From assembly GCA_964016885.1 (NCBI GenBank), contig OZ024755.1:7688001-7752000 (forward strand): DNA of 64,000 nt, given 5' to 3'. The DNA comes from Eledone cirrhosa (taxonomy: Eukaryota). The translations under genes and the position numbers were made by a program. Positions 27,310 through 41,466 of the stretch are shown here, in pieces (position 1 is the first letter of the stretch; each line of letters opens with the position of its first letter). The notes under the pieces were generated by a model, which was not told where the DNA came from, ran no database searches, and saw only the letters and a program-made list of their open reading frames with translations.

Positions 27310-27320
<11 letters not shown>
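26889..27320 (+). mobile_element. Retrozyme-like or mini-PLE element: 311-bp unit with 121-bp identical direct repeats
   Basis: 26889-27009 equals 27200-27320 base for base. A hammerhead lies between the repeats, (TA)n lies on both sides, and there is no ORF. Confidence 0.75.
27120..27209 (+). ncRNA. Minimal type-I hammerhead ribozyme with an extended stem I
   Basis: The sequence reads guaguc CUGACGA u uucu aacg agaa u GAAAC GC GUA^gac(u)uac. Stem III is the palindrome ACGCGU. A perfect 16-bp helix encloses it (attctcgataaaagca 27120-27135 / tgcttttatcgagaat 27194-27209). Confidence 0.75.
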
Positions 27321-27352
<32 letters not shown>

Positions 27353-27548
27353 AATGAAAGGTATAGAAAACATTGTAGCAAAAAGCCAACAGTATATATA
27401 TATTATATATATATATTATATATATAATATATATATATAATATATATATTATATATATATATATATTATATATATATATATTATATATATATATATTATA
27501 TATATATATTATATATATATAGTATATATATATATTATATATATTATA

Positions 27549-27732
27549 GATTGGCAGTATCGGTAGAGGGTCGGACGCCATGCTTTGCAGCAAAGAGCTA
27601 CGGCCCTTTCTATTCTGAGTTCAAATCCCGCCGAAGTTAACTTTGCCTTTCATCCTTACGGGGTAGATACAATAAAGTACCAGTAATGCACTGGGTATAT
27701 TACTGGCCGTGTGCCAAAAGTAGAAACAATTA
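27549..27732 (+). mobile_element. SINE-A near full-length copy inside an AT-only tract
   Basis: The A and B boxes, core and gaaacaatta tail are all present. Confidence 0.9.
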
Positions 27733-27788
27733 TATATATATATATATTATATATATATACATATATAATATATATATATATATATAAT

Positions 27789-27820
<32 letters not shown>

Positions 27821-27918
27821 ATATATATATATATAATATATATAATATATATATAATATATATATAATATATATATATAATATATATATAATATATATAT
27901 AATATATATATAATATAT

Positions 27919-27950
<32 letters not shown>

Positions 27951-28471
27951 ATATATATATATAATATATATATTAAATATATAATATATATATATATTAT
28001 ATATATAATATATATATTATATATAATATATATATTAAATATATAATATATATATATTATATATATAATATATATATATTAAATATATAATATATATATA
28101 TATATATATTAAATATATAATATATATATATATTATATATATAATATATATATTATATATAATATATATATTAAATATATAATATATATATATTATATAT
28201 ATAATATATATATATTAAATATATAATATATATATATATATTAAATATATAATATATATAATATATATATATGTATATTATATATATTATATATATTATA
28301 TATATATATATTATATATATAATATATATATATATATATTAAATATATATATATTATATATATATATATATATTATATATATATATATATTAAATATATA
28401 ATATATTATATATATTATATATATATTAAATATATATTTATTAAAATAACAGATTAAATATATTAAATATA

Positions 28472-28505
<34 letters not shown>

Positions 28506-29094
28506 TATGTATATATATATATATATATTATATATATATATATAAATTATATATATTATATATATATATTATATATATATATAAATTATATATATTATAT
28601 ATATATAAAATATATATATATAAATTATATATAATATATATATATATAAATTATATATATTATATATATATATAATATATATTACATATATATATAAATT
28701 ATATATATATATAATATATATATTTAAATTATATAAATTATATTTATATATAAATTATATATATTATATATATATATAATATATATATATAAATTATATA
28801 AATTATAATAATATATATAATTTATATATATATATATTATATATATATAAATTATATAAATTATATATATAATATATATATATATAAATTATATATATAA
28901 TATATATATATAAATTATATATATATATATATATATATAAATTATATAAATAAATTTATATATATATATATATATAATATATATATAATATATATATATA
29001 TAATATATATATATATAAATTATATATATATATAATATATATATATATAAATTATATATATTATATATATATATAAAATATATATATTTAAATC

Positions 29095-29131
<37 letters not shown>

Positions 29132-29133
29132 TA

Positions 29134-29185
<52 letters not shown>
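27733..29185. repeat. ~1.45-kb almost pure A/T degenerate (TA)n tract
   Basis: It has only a handful of G/C bases, and the submotifs attaaatatataat and ataaattatat recur. Confidence 0.95.
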
Positions 29186-29189
<4 letters not shown>

Positions 29190-29968
29190 TCAAATATATA
29201 TTCAATGTGTTGGGGCGGGGATGGAATGCAATGTTGCCAAATTATATGAAGAGAAATGATTTAAAAACACCAAAAACCTCGAAATAAATGAATGAAATAA
29301 GTTAAACAGAAATTTTTGGAGAAAATTTGATTCGGTGAATATTTTACATTGCAAGTTAAACAACGAAACCTAGATTAATATAAGACGTGGGGGTGAATAA
29401 GGAGTGGGTGAGATAGAAATTGATCCAAGGACTAGGGAACGTAAGTCAAAAGGCAATCTAGCGAAACACATCTGTCGTTATTCTAGACAAGTTCATCTGT
29501 CAAATTTAAAGAAGCGAGTCTGAAATAATAGAAGTTTAAATTCAACTTTCGTCATCAATAAATGCACCACTACACATATATATCTATATTGTATGTAATA
29601 TATTTACTGTCACATGGCTATATCAAAAATACACCATGTCAAATGTACTTTTTAGAATTAAATTAATGCTGTTATCGTCCTTAAAACACATTTTTCTCAT
29701 AACAAATTAAACTTTTACGGAACTATTCTTCAAGAAAAAAAAAAATTAGAATTTCCTTTTTTGCTCTAATATAGCGGATACGTAAATGTTTTCATGAGTT
29801 TTATATCGAATAATGATAATATCCGATTCATTTGCATGATTTTTAGATTACTATCGCCATCACCCCCAGAACAAAATTCTAAATAAAAAAAACTTTATAA
29901 CGTTTTCGACAGAACATAGTGGGGTTGGTATGGCAGACGGAGAATTGGGCTGTATGGTTATAATAGTA

Positions 29969-30368
29969 TTAAGCCTTTAGCATTTAAAACGGTCCATCCG
30001 ACAAGAGTTCTCTTACCTCTTTCTGTTTGAACCAGCTATCACCGGCCTCCCATACTTATGTTAAGTTATTGTTCTAAAAATAAATAATATCAAAATGTCA
30101 TAGATTCGATATTATGTGAGATAATTATGTGAAGTAAAGCCTTTACCATGAAAATATAATAGTACATATAGTGTAATGTAAATGTTATGTGAGATATTAT
30201 GTGAAATAATTATGTGAAGTAAAGCCTTTACCATTAAAATATAATAGTAAATATAGAGTAATGTAAATGTTATGTGACGACATATTATGTGAAATAATTA
30301 TGTGAAGTAAAGCCTTTACCATAAAAATATAATAGTAAATATAAAGTAATGTAAACACAAAAGGGTTA
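29969..30368. mobile_element. MITE-like element with degenerate TTAA-CCCTTT termini
   Basis: It starts ttaagcctttagcattt and ends aaacacaaaagggtta, an imperfect inverted match. Confidence 0.4.
30110..30356. repeat. Tandem repeat of 3 units, 85-88 bp each
   Basis: gaagtaaagcctttaccat occurs at 30131, 30216 and 30304. Confidence 0.9.
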
Positions 30369-30846
30369 CGCCAGTTAGTATATGTCTCGTAGTAATCTCT
30401 CGTTAATTAAACAACAGTAAAAGGACTAAATAATAATAAATGTACCATGAAAGAGTGTTTCTTTCTACAAAGAGACAAATTATAATATTGTCAATGGTAG
30501 TAATAAACCTGTTTTCTCTTTTTATTTAACATTTATTGCAAGAACTAATTAATAATAAATAGAAATAATGTTTAGATATGAGACTATATTCAACAGTAAT
30601 AAACTGATGTCGAAATTTAGTTATTTTAAAACAAATGGTTTGGGTTGTTTTACTTTAATGTTCAAATTGGTTTTATATATTTATTTATTTCTATATTTGT
30701 TAGTTTGTCTGTTCGTTCATTTTGTTGTTTCCCATTTATTTCCGCCTGTCTCCGGAGACTATAAAAATACAACTATATTAGCAATAATTTTGTTGGTCAT
30801 GGTGATGGAAGGAAGATTAATATCAACAGAGGGAAATGTTGGTTAA

Positions 30847-30994
30847 TGGTAGTGTTAGTAGACATGGTGTGGAGGTTGTAGTGGTGTTGGTGGTGGTGGT
30901 GGTAGTGTTAGTAGACATGGTGTGGAAGTTGCAGTTGTGGTGGCAGTAGTAGTGTTGGTGCTGGTCATAGTGGTAGTGTTAGTAGACATGGTGT
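30847..30994. repeat. Three copies of the 24-mer tggtagtgttagtagacatggtgt in a (GGT)n-like region
   Basis: Copies start at 30847, 30900 and 30971. Confidence 0.85.
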
Positions 30995-31044
30995 AAAGGT
31001 TGTGGTGGTGGTAGTCACATGATAGTTTGTGGTGGTGTCATTTG

Positions 31045-31290
31045 TTGTGGTTTAGTGGTAAGTATTTCGCTTCACAATCATGAATTCACGGTTTTTTGGG
31101 TGAGTATCTTTACCATAGTTTCGGGTTCACCAAAGTGTTGCGAGTAGAATTGGCGGAGGAGTTGAAAACTGCTTGAGAATTATGTTAAGAGTACAGGCCC
31201 GTTGAATAGATGGTAACAATAGTTTAAAGGACCAGCCTTGTTACATATTTCGTCACATTGATTGAGATTTAGAATTATATTAAGTTTATA
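31045..31290 (+). mobile_element. Degraded older SINE fragments
   Basis: An A-box-like gtggtttagtggtaag is present, and aaaggaccagccttgttacat resembles 24776-24797. Confidence 0.45.
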
Positions 31291-31677
31291 TATGTGACCA
31301 TTGTTAAAAAGGTTGAGAGCAATTTGAGGGTGATTTGGCTGCTAATTCTCGAATGCTGAGCGACATTTAGGTTTTCAGTCGTGGTCTAGACGTTAAGGTG
31401 TTGGACACGCAACCAGGTCTCGCGTTGTTTTCTTCAGAAACACCTTTCATTTCACGTTACTATTAATGATAAGACTAAAACCCGTATCGTTAAAATATCT
31501 AGGAAAGCTCTTCTAGTTATAATACTGTTGTTGTTATTGTTGGTGATGGTGTTGGTGAGAGTGAAAAGGTAATATTAACAAATAAAAAAACCGACATCGA
31601 AATAAATAGGTACTCATAATCATTTACAAGCTCATACACACATATAATCACAATCACGTCCATACACATACATACAT

Positions 31678-32241
31678 GATGGCTGCCCCCTAGTTATCGA
31701 GTATAGCCATTGCACGATATACCATTATTAATAATTATTAATTAATTCTATCGTGATATTAACAAATAAAGTGATATTAACAGAAAGTGGATTGGAAGTA
31801 TCACTAGAGGGTCGGACGCCATGCTTTCCAGCATAGTTACGTCCCTTTACGATCTGAGTTCAAATCCCGGCGAGGTTGACTTTGCCTTTCATCTTACGGG
31901 GTCGATAAAATAAAGTACCAGTAATGCACTGGTTAATTGCTGGCCTTGTGCCTAAAGTAGAAACAATTAATTAATTCTATCGTGCAATGCCTGTGCGTGA
32001 AGATTTTTTTTTAAGTGAGGAAAGACTGTGCACTGAGCCCATCCCACTCTCTGAGCGACAGGCGCTATAACCCGAAAAGAAGAAAAGATCAACATCATCG
32101 GTAACTGTTGAGGTGCAGGTTTTATGTCGGAGTTATCCCAGTTTCCTGAGCTGCATTCTCCTAGAAGAATGCCCTGACAAAGGCTAGGGGTCCTTCACTC
32201 CCAGTGGTTTAACCGCGCGATCGGGTATCCAGCCAGCCCAA
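31678..32241 (-). mobile_element. Probable RTE-derived non-autonomous retroelement interrupted by SINE-A
   Basis: This is a GC-richer island. The minus strand has tctaggagaa...aactccgacataaaacc (RTE 5'UTR-like, from memory) and ends tagggggcagccatc followed by an (ATGT)n tail. Confidence 0.45.
31787..31969 (+). mobile_element. SINE-A copy with a 19-bp TSD
   Basis: attaattaattctatcgtg occurs at 31737-31755 and 31966-31984. Confidence 0.9.
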
Positions 32242-32475
32242 CTATTTCTATGTCCTCGCCCATATACATACACATACATATATATACATATACATGTGTA
32301 TATACATACTTATACATACATACATACATACAGACAGACATACAGACAGACACACTGACACAGACAGACAGAGAGAGAAACAAAGAAATCATGACTAAAT
32401 ATCTGCAGACATTCAAAAGAATTATCTGTCGTTTGTACGTTTGGGCAGAATGTGGTTACTCATTATTATTATTGT

Positions 32476-32598
32476 TGAGTTCAAATCTCGCCGAGGTTAA
32501 CTTTGCCTTTCATCCTTACGGGGTCGATAAAATAAAGTACCAGTAATACACTGGGATAATTGCTGGCCTTGTGCCAAAAGTCGAAACAATTATTATTG
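32476..32598 (+). mobile_element. 5'-truncated SINE-A with a 13-bp TSD
   Basis: It begins at the B box, and attattattgttg occurs at 32465-32477 and 32589-32601. Confidence 0.85.
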
Positions 32599-32693
32599 TT
32601 GTTGTTGTTATTTTTACCATTGTTCTGATCTTTATCCTACACGTATCTTGTCCTGCTGTGTTTATACACATATATATATATATGTGTGTATAA

Positions 32694-32780
<87 letters not shown>

Positions 32781-32880
32781 GAGGTGGAACACTGTAAGGT
32801 AATATCCGTAGTGGTAGAGCACTTAGTCCAAGGGACGAGTTGTCTTACTGCCTCTCTGTTCTGTCCCTGTTCAATTTTTT

Positions 32881-32964
<84 letters not shown>

Positions 32965-33089
32965 AGAGGGAGGGAGAGAGAGAGTGAGAGAGTGGGTTAG
33001 AGAGAGAGTGAGAGAGAGTGACAGAGTGAGAGAAAGTGAGAGATTGAGAGAGAGAGTGAGAGAGTTAGAGAGAGAGAGTGAGAGTGAGG

Positions 33090-33122
<33 letters not shown>

Positions 33123-33247
33123 TGAGGTATATATATATAGAGAGACTGAGAGTGAGGTATATATATATATAGAGAGAGAGAGATCCTTCCCTCTTTCTAT
33201 TTTCATTTTTATTTCTTTGTCTGTCAGTCTTTATATCTATTTAAGCT

Positions 33248-33525
33248 TTCTGTCTGTCACTCTCGTGTCCCTCTCTCTCTCTCTGTCTGTCACTCTCTCC
33301 CCCTCTTTCTCTCTGTCACTCTCTTCCACCTCTCTCTCTCTGTCTGTCACTCTCGTTCCCCTCTCACTCTGTCTGTCGCTATCGCGCCCCTCTCCCTGAC
33401 TGACACTCTCGTCCCTCTCTCTCGCTCTCTGTCTGACACTCTCGTCCCCCCCTCTCTCTCTCTGTCTGACACTCTCGTCCCCCTCTCTCTCTGTCTGTCA
33501 CTCTCGTCACCCCCTCTCTCTGTCT
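33248..33525. repeat. CT-rich minisatellite (ctgtctgtcactctcgtccc-like units)
   Basis: About 8 variable units of ~30 bp. Confidence 0.8.
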
Positions 33526-33679
33526 TTTAACATTCTCTTCCTTCCTTGATTCGATAAAATACTTCAATATTCATATGCTATAGGAAAAAACATTATTTTC
33601 TTTGTTTTTCCCAAATCAAATCAAATGTTCAATGTAGTGTGAAAACTGGCCAATGAAACACAGAAAAATAAAAGAACAC

Positions 33680-33746
33680 ACTCATACAAACACACACATA
33701 TATGTATATATATATATATACACACACACACACATATATATACATG

Positions 33747-33780
<34 letters not shown>

Positions 33781-33816
33781 CATACACACACATATATATA
33801 TACATATATATATATG

Positions 33817-33847
<31 letters not shown>

Positions 33848-33971
33848 GCACACACACACACACATATATATATGCACACACACACACACACATATATATA
33901 TATACACACAGAAACTTAAATGCACACAAACATTCATATATTCAAACTCACACAAACACACACACCCACAC

Positions 33972-34016
<45 letters not shown>

Positions 34017-34234
34017 TATATATATATATACATATATATACACATTGACTCAGACAAACTTAAATGCACACAAACATTCATATATTCAAACTCCCACAAC
34101 ACACAGACACATTCACATAAACGCTCATATATATATACATACGCACATACACACACATATATACTTATGTATACACACTGACAAACACACAAACATTTAT
34201 ATATTGAAACTCACACAAACACACACAAAGATAT

Positions 34235-34315
<81 letters not shown>

Positions 34316-34445
34316 TTCACACATACACACATATATACATGCACACACATATATATATATATACATACTGACACACAGACAAACTTAAACGCACACAAAC
34401 ATTCAAACTCACACAAACACACCGATGCATACACACACAAACACA
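33680..34445. repeat. Compound (CA)n(TA)n repeat with a repeated aaacttaaatgcacacaaacattca block
   Basis: The block recurs near 33912, 34056 and 34381, with a degenerate copy near 34190. Confidence 0.85.
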
Positions 34446-34471
34446 GATAAAATTATCAATGAATAAAACAA

Positions 34472-34521
<50 letters not shown>

Positions 34522-34864
34522 ATAAACATAACGAAGAAACAAAATATATATAAAAATAAATATAAATATATGAAATCAGTTTTGAGTCATGCGATTGATT
34601 TTATTTGATTTTTGATTTTTTTTTGTGTGTGTGTGTTTGTATGTGTTTGTGTTCAATTGCTTTTGTTTATATTTTTTCTATGTTGATATTTTGATATTTT
34701 TAAAGAACCTATATGATTTATGTCAGAGAAATAAATTATATCATTGATTAACATTCGTTATTGGTAATTTTACTGCGGATCGGAGACGGGGAGAGGAGCA
34801 TCAAATGTAATAAACCAAATCTAATAGCCCTTGCCATGTAAAAATGAAAGTGTAAAACGGAATG

Positions 34865-34866
34865 GA

Positions 34867-34925
<59 letters not shown>
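34865..34925. repeat. (GAAA)n microsatellite
   Basis: Seen directly. Confidence 0.95.
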
Positions 34926-34926
<1 letters not shown>

Positions 34927-35499
34927 GATTAAAGTAGAAAGAAAAAAAATATTAATAAATCGAACAAGCAACAAAAACTATAGGAGGACAAATAAATATA
35001 AAAAAAAAGAACAAGAAAAAATAAAGGGTAAAAAGTCATATCTTTTGAGTCGGCACAAACTCAATTTTGTGTAAAGGACGGTTGTTAGAGTCGACTGAGA
35101 GTTAATCAACCTCAGTATATTACCAGTACGTTTTTATCGACCCAGGATAGGGTGGGTAAGTGTGGTAGAGATGAAAGTGGGAATGGTGGTTGAAATGGAA
35201 AGAGATGGAGATGGAAAGGGCGATGGTGATTGAGAGGGAGAACGTATGGGAAATGAAGATGGAGAGGGAGTTGGTGATGGAGAAGGTGAGGGAGATGGTG
35301 AGGTTGAGGAGTTTGGAGGTGGAGGAGGTTGTGGTGACGAAAAGTAAAGCTGACTCTTGAGGAAAATAAAATCAATGTGGAGAAAGATAAAGAGTGTGGG
35401 CCCTCTCTCTCTCATATATATATAAACACAATCACATATTTATATATACATTTATATCTACCCCCTACATATGTATACATACATACAATATATTTATAC

Positions 35500-35539
<40 letters not shown>

Positions 35540-35670
35540 CATATATATATCTATATATACATAGATATATATTCATACATGCATACATATATATATATTT
35601 ATACATCTTTTTCGTCCAATTATTGCTGAGAGGGTCGTGGGGATATATATACATATATATACAAACACAC

Positions 35671-35748
<78 letters not shown>

Positions 35749-36719
35749 CATGCCTGTAAATACTCATTCATCTAGAAACATACGCAGATACGTATATTTT
35801 CGTCTTTCATACATGTATATATCTGTGTGTAATGGTGCAATGTAACATTTCTGTTATCTAGTTATCCCACAATCAAAGAAGGAATTGAAATTATGCAATA
35901 ATAGCTTTGACATCTTGCTTAAAAATACATAAAATAATATCTACTGTGGTTGCCATGACGTTACATATCTCCCTATTCTAGGAGACAATGACATCATCTG
36001 ATGTTGGTGAGGGGTTCATCCCCTCAGATTATTTGAAGAAACAATGAAAATTCTAGTCTTTGTGTTATCGGTGATAACATAACGGGAGATCTTTTATGTG
36101 GTCAGGGGCCTTGCTAGACATAGCAACCATATTTGCCTCAAATCACATTCTCCTGTCTAGAAAATTGGGAGATGTATTATGTCAGATAATCCTATGTGGT
36201 TAATGGGCGACTAAAGCAATGGGTAGCCATGTCGGGAACAATTTTGATTGTATTTTTATTCATATATGTATGTATGTGTGTAGTACATTTTGGGGTGTTT
36301 ATGTGTTGCATGTTTGTATGAGGAAAATTAAGTTAAGAACTAAGAGCCGATGAATAAACATTGCGCATATAAACAATATATATATGTAACCTTCCTGTTA
36401 CAGTAAATTAATTCCACAATAGTTAAAGAAAATCTGCTGTGTTAGTTCGCTAAATATTGGTGATATCTATCTAGTTGTGTCTCAGTCCTATTTACTTACT
36501 CTAAATACAATAAGACCGATGTATAAAACCAAAAGCAGTTCAGAAGTAAGTAGTTAACAGATTCTTTTGGCAATAATGATGTCCACATAATATAGTCAAT
36601 AAAAACAAATATTTAATCAAATATAATTAAATTGAAAAACAAAAAGCAAACAAACTTCGTTAACGATGTAGGTATAAATAGTAAATTGAGGCTATGTTAA
36701 ATAACAGTTGGCTACGATG

Positions 36720-36790
36720 TCATGTGGTGGGATCGAACCCGGGACGTTATGATTGCGAAACAAATCTTTTAATCAGTCGGCCAAGATGCG
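36720..36790 (-). mobile_element. tRNA-derived SINE head remnant
   Basis: The minus strand reads tggccgactgattaaaag...ccgggttcgatcccacc, giving A and B boxes, but I could not form a full cloverleaf. Confidence 0.55.
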
Positions 36791-37160
36791 GTCACAGATT
36801 TCTATAAGAAGGGCTACAGTTTATCATTTATTAAAGATCCTTTTTATAGTAGAATAATGATGGGAATAAACGATAAGCTTTTCAAAAGAAACAAATAATG
36901 AAAAGTGAAGGTATTATGGCAGGAGTAAATATATCAATAATGTTTGATAAATGTCGGAGCAACTTGTCAATTAATTATTTTACAAGATATTCATTGAAAC
37001 TAGACTAAATAAAAGATATTTAAATGGTGGTTGGTTTGTATGTATTTATGTGAGTATGATGTACATGTACACACATGTGCGTATATATATTTAGAGGTAT
37101 GTATATGTATAGAAGTATGTCTATGTGACTATATACATAACGACAGAGACACACACACAG

Positions 37161-37212
<52 letters not shown>

Positions 37213-37610
37213 CTGAATGTGTAAATACGATGATATATATATATATATGTGTGTATGCGTGTGTGTGTATATATGTATACGTGAATGAAGCTGTGAGAAA
37301 ATTTACCAATAATATATATATATAAAAAAAAGAGAGAGAGAGGGGGAATAAAAGAGGTGCTGAGAGAGAGAGGGAGAAATTCTAAGTTTTAAATCGTTAA
37401 TAATGTGTCAAAACCTAATGAATGGAGTTCTATGTTTGAATAGTAAACAGAGATCAAATCTCTCTCTCTATCTCTCTTTCTCCCCCCCCCCTCTCTCCGC
37501 TCTCTCTAATGCTTTTTAATCTTTCGTTGTTGCCGTTGTCGTTTTTCTTTCTTCTATCCATTTACCTTATATTTTTTTTAATTTTCAACAATTCATTGGT
37601 ATTTGAGTGC

Positions 37611-37662
<52 letters not shown>

Positions 37663-37776
37663 GTGTGTGTGTATATATCTTTTATTGTATTTATATTTTC
37701 TATAATGTTCCTTTTTGCCATTTTGCATCAGTGTTAGGATTACTTGTTCAATACACACAAATACACAAATATACAA

Positions 37777-37815
<39 letters not shown>

Positions 37816-38215
37816 CATTTTTACATTATATATATATATATACATATATATATATTGTTCTTTAAATCTTTATGAAATGTCTCGGACTTTCACTGCATTC
37901 TGACAACGGTAGTTCAACAGTCAAAGATAAAATATATTTATCTTCAAACAACTATGGAAGCAGGATGGCATCTCAATTTTCATTTATTTTTTGCTGTATT
38001 GCTTTTCTGTATATTTTCTGTTAAACGAACATTACGCCTGCTTCAGTCACCCCACCATTACACAACCACTTCTATGATTACCATCACTACAGCAACGTTA
38101 AAACAACAGCAACAACAATACAAATAACAACTACTACAATAATAACACCAAGGTCAAGCACACATTTGACAAAAAAAACAGTACACAAAGATCTTTTGTT
38201 AGTACTTCTAATGTC

Positions 38216-38267
<52 letters not shown>

Positions 38268-38285
38268 TTATATATATATATATAT

Positions 38286-38316
<31 letters not shown>

Positions 38317-38321
38317 CACAC

Positions 38322-38352
<31 letters not shown>

Positions 38353-38362
38353 CACATATATG

Positions 38363-38396
<34 letters not shown>

Positions 38397-38398
38397 TG

Positions 38399-38498
<100 letters not shown>

Positions 38499-38670
38499 TA
38501 TATGTATATATATATATACATATATGTATATATATATACATATATGTGGCATATTAGAAAAAATGGATTATTTTTACTGTTTTATTTTCTCAATGTATAT
38601 TTACTTTTCGTTATTATCAAATACGTAAGCGATTTCTCTCCGCCTCAAAATCCGCCCTCCTCTCTCTCTC

Positions 38671-38781
<111 letters not shown>

Positions 38782-38829
38782 GTGTGTGTATATGCGTGTG
38801 TGCGTGTGTTGGACTTCCATCAGTTCCAA

Positions 38830-39075
38830 CGAGGAGTGCTTTAGTTGCTTGTTTGTGACTAGACATGGCACAAACAGGTGTTTACTCGACATAGTACTCA
38901 AGAAGATTCAGTATGGCAAGGAGTGTGGAAATACTTAATCTTTGAATTACAGGTACAACTCATTTGTGCCTGTAATTTAAAGAGTGGGCTGGAGGAAGTT
39001 TTAAAGAGACCGTCTGCTCAAACTATAGACATTTTGTTCGCGAGCCATACACATTAACCACTAAGCCACTATGCA
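38830..39075 (-). mobile_element. Degraded older SINE (second family)
   Basis: The minus strand starts gtggcttagtggttaatgtg and contains aaatgagttgtacctgtaattcaaag, similar to 24755-24780. Confidence 0.5.
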
Positions 39076-39384
39076 TTCGGCTAGACACACACACACACAC
39101 CCACACACACACACACACAGTGTATATATATACATACATAAATACACTTTTCTTTTAACTCCCAATCTGCCACTCACTTGTCGCATACTCTGTCTTATTT
39201 GTACGCCTTTTGTCATCATATCCTAGATTACACATACACACACACACTCTCTCTCTCCCTCTCTCTCTCTCACTCTCTCTCTCATATATATATATATATA
39301 CACTAATCGTTTGTCTCCTATCTTTTCCTCATATATACTTCGCACTTTCATACCTCTTTGCCGTCCTCCATCCACCCTGTCAAT

Positions 39385-39424
<40 letters not shown>

Positions 39425-39462
39425 GGAGTGTGTTTGTGTCTCTGTGTGTTTCTTTTCTGTGT

Positions 39463-39500
<38 letters not shown>

Positions 39501-39905
39501 GTCTCTGTGTATGTGTATGTGCCTGCATGTGTGTCGGTGTGTGTGCCTCTGCGTGTGTGTATGTTTGTGTATGTTTGTATCTGTGCATGTGTGTGTGATT
39601 GTGTGATTGTGTTTGTGTCTCGCTGTGTGTATATATAATCCTGTACTTTCCCTTCTCTGCTATCTTCTCTAACATCCAGTCATTTTTATTGAAAATACTT
39701 CCGACATTCTGCAAATGTACTTCTGGTGCTTTTTGTAGTAAATATTTGTATATTCTTTTTCAGTTTATTGTCTTTGTTTGTTATTCTTTTAGCTTTTCAG
39801 TGCTTCGAGGATGTTCCTATATCTTAAAAAATTACATATAAATATATATACACGAATGTACAAGTATATATATATGAAAGTACATATATATATATATATA
39901 AGCAA

Positions 39906-39938
<33 letters not shown>

Positions 39939-39944
39939 CATGTA

Positions 39945-39982
<38 letters not shown>

Positions 39983-39984
39983 CG

Positions 39985-40020
<36 letters not shown>

Positions 40021-40115
40021 AATATATATATATATATATATATACACAAATATATATATATATATACACACAAATATATATATATATATACACAAATATA
40101 TATATATAGACACAA

Positions 40116-40146
<31 letters not shown>

Positions 40147-40337
40147 AATATATATATAAATACACACAAATATATACATATATAAGCATGTATATATATA
40201 TATTTATTTATAATGTATGTTTCTGAATGCGTACACCTACATGTATGTTTGCATGTAATGTATGTATTAGTATATTTCATGTGTGTGTGTATATATATAT
40301 ATATATATAAATATATATATATAAATATATAAATATA

Positions 40338-40369
<32 letters not shown>

Positions 40370-40779
40370 AATATATATAAAAAAAAATATATATATATAT
40401 ATACATATTTGTGTGTGTGTGCGTCCGTTTATGTCAGTGTATATACGTGTCAGCACATGCATATATTCACATTACTATTCAATTCAGTTTTGTTCTATCT
40501 CCTCACATTTATCGTTTCACCTTTGACATTTACTGAGATACTATATATTTGACTCCCTTCTGCAGATTTTCCTTATTTATTGAACTTTCAGTTTATAATA
40601 TTCATCATTACTCCCCTTCTTTCCTCCTCTCTCACACAATCTTACCTCTACCACATCTATCCCTCCCCCCTCCTATTACAATATTTTTAACTGACATTTT
40701 CTAGATCGTTCTCTGGCGTTATATTCTTGTCTCCAATACCTGCATCACTTTCCGATCTGTCGATAATATATATATATAT

Positions 40780-40981
40780 ATAGTAACGAGTAGGACCCCG
40801 ACGGCTGAGCTCAAGCCGTTTCGACGGCTAATTCTGGACTCAGTCCATAATTAGCGGTCGAAACGGCTTGAGCTCAGCCGTCGGGGTCCTACTCGTTCCT
40901 ATTACCCACTCTACTACCCTAAGTATTGAGTACTTTGGTGCGTTATGGTCCATCTGGTTCCTTACCACATTTCCTTCGTTA
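40780..40981 (+). mobile_element. Family B copy with a 61-bp-arm fold-back
   Basis: A palindrome at 40780-40902, centred on 40841, is followed by the family B body. Confidence 0.9.
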
Positions 40982-40985
40982 TATA

Positions 40986-41143
<158 letters not shown>

Positions 41144-41145
41144 TG

Positions 41146-41180
<35 letters not shown>

Positions 41181-41249
41181 GTACATGTAGATATATATAT
41201 ATTATATATGTACATGTATATATATATATATATATATGTATATGTATAT

Positions 41250-41319
<70 letters not shown>

Positions 41320-41320
41320 G

Positions 41321-41371
<51 letters not shown>

Positions 41372-41372
41372 G

Positions 41373-41433
<61 letters not shown>

Positions 41434-41466
41434 ATATATATATGTATATATATATGTATATACATA

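Noticed and set aside
30110-30994. CRISPR-like repeat arrays
   Set aside because: These are tandem duplications or repeats with low-complexity spacers in eukaryotic DNA, and there are no cas genes.
32170-32241. HDV-like ribozyme at the 5' end of the RTE-like element
   Set aside because: A P1-like pairing exists (ggctgg/ctagcc), but I could not build the nested double pseudoknot.
36720-36790. Possible tRNA gene
   Set aside because: Only A and B boxes are recognisable, with no consistent acceptor or anticodon stems. It fits a SINE head.
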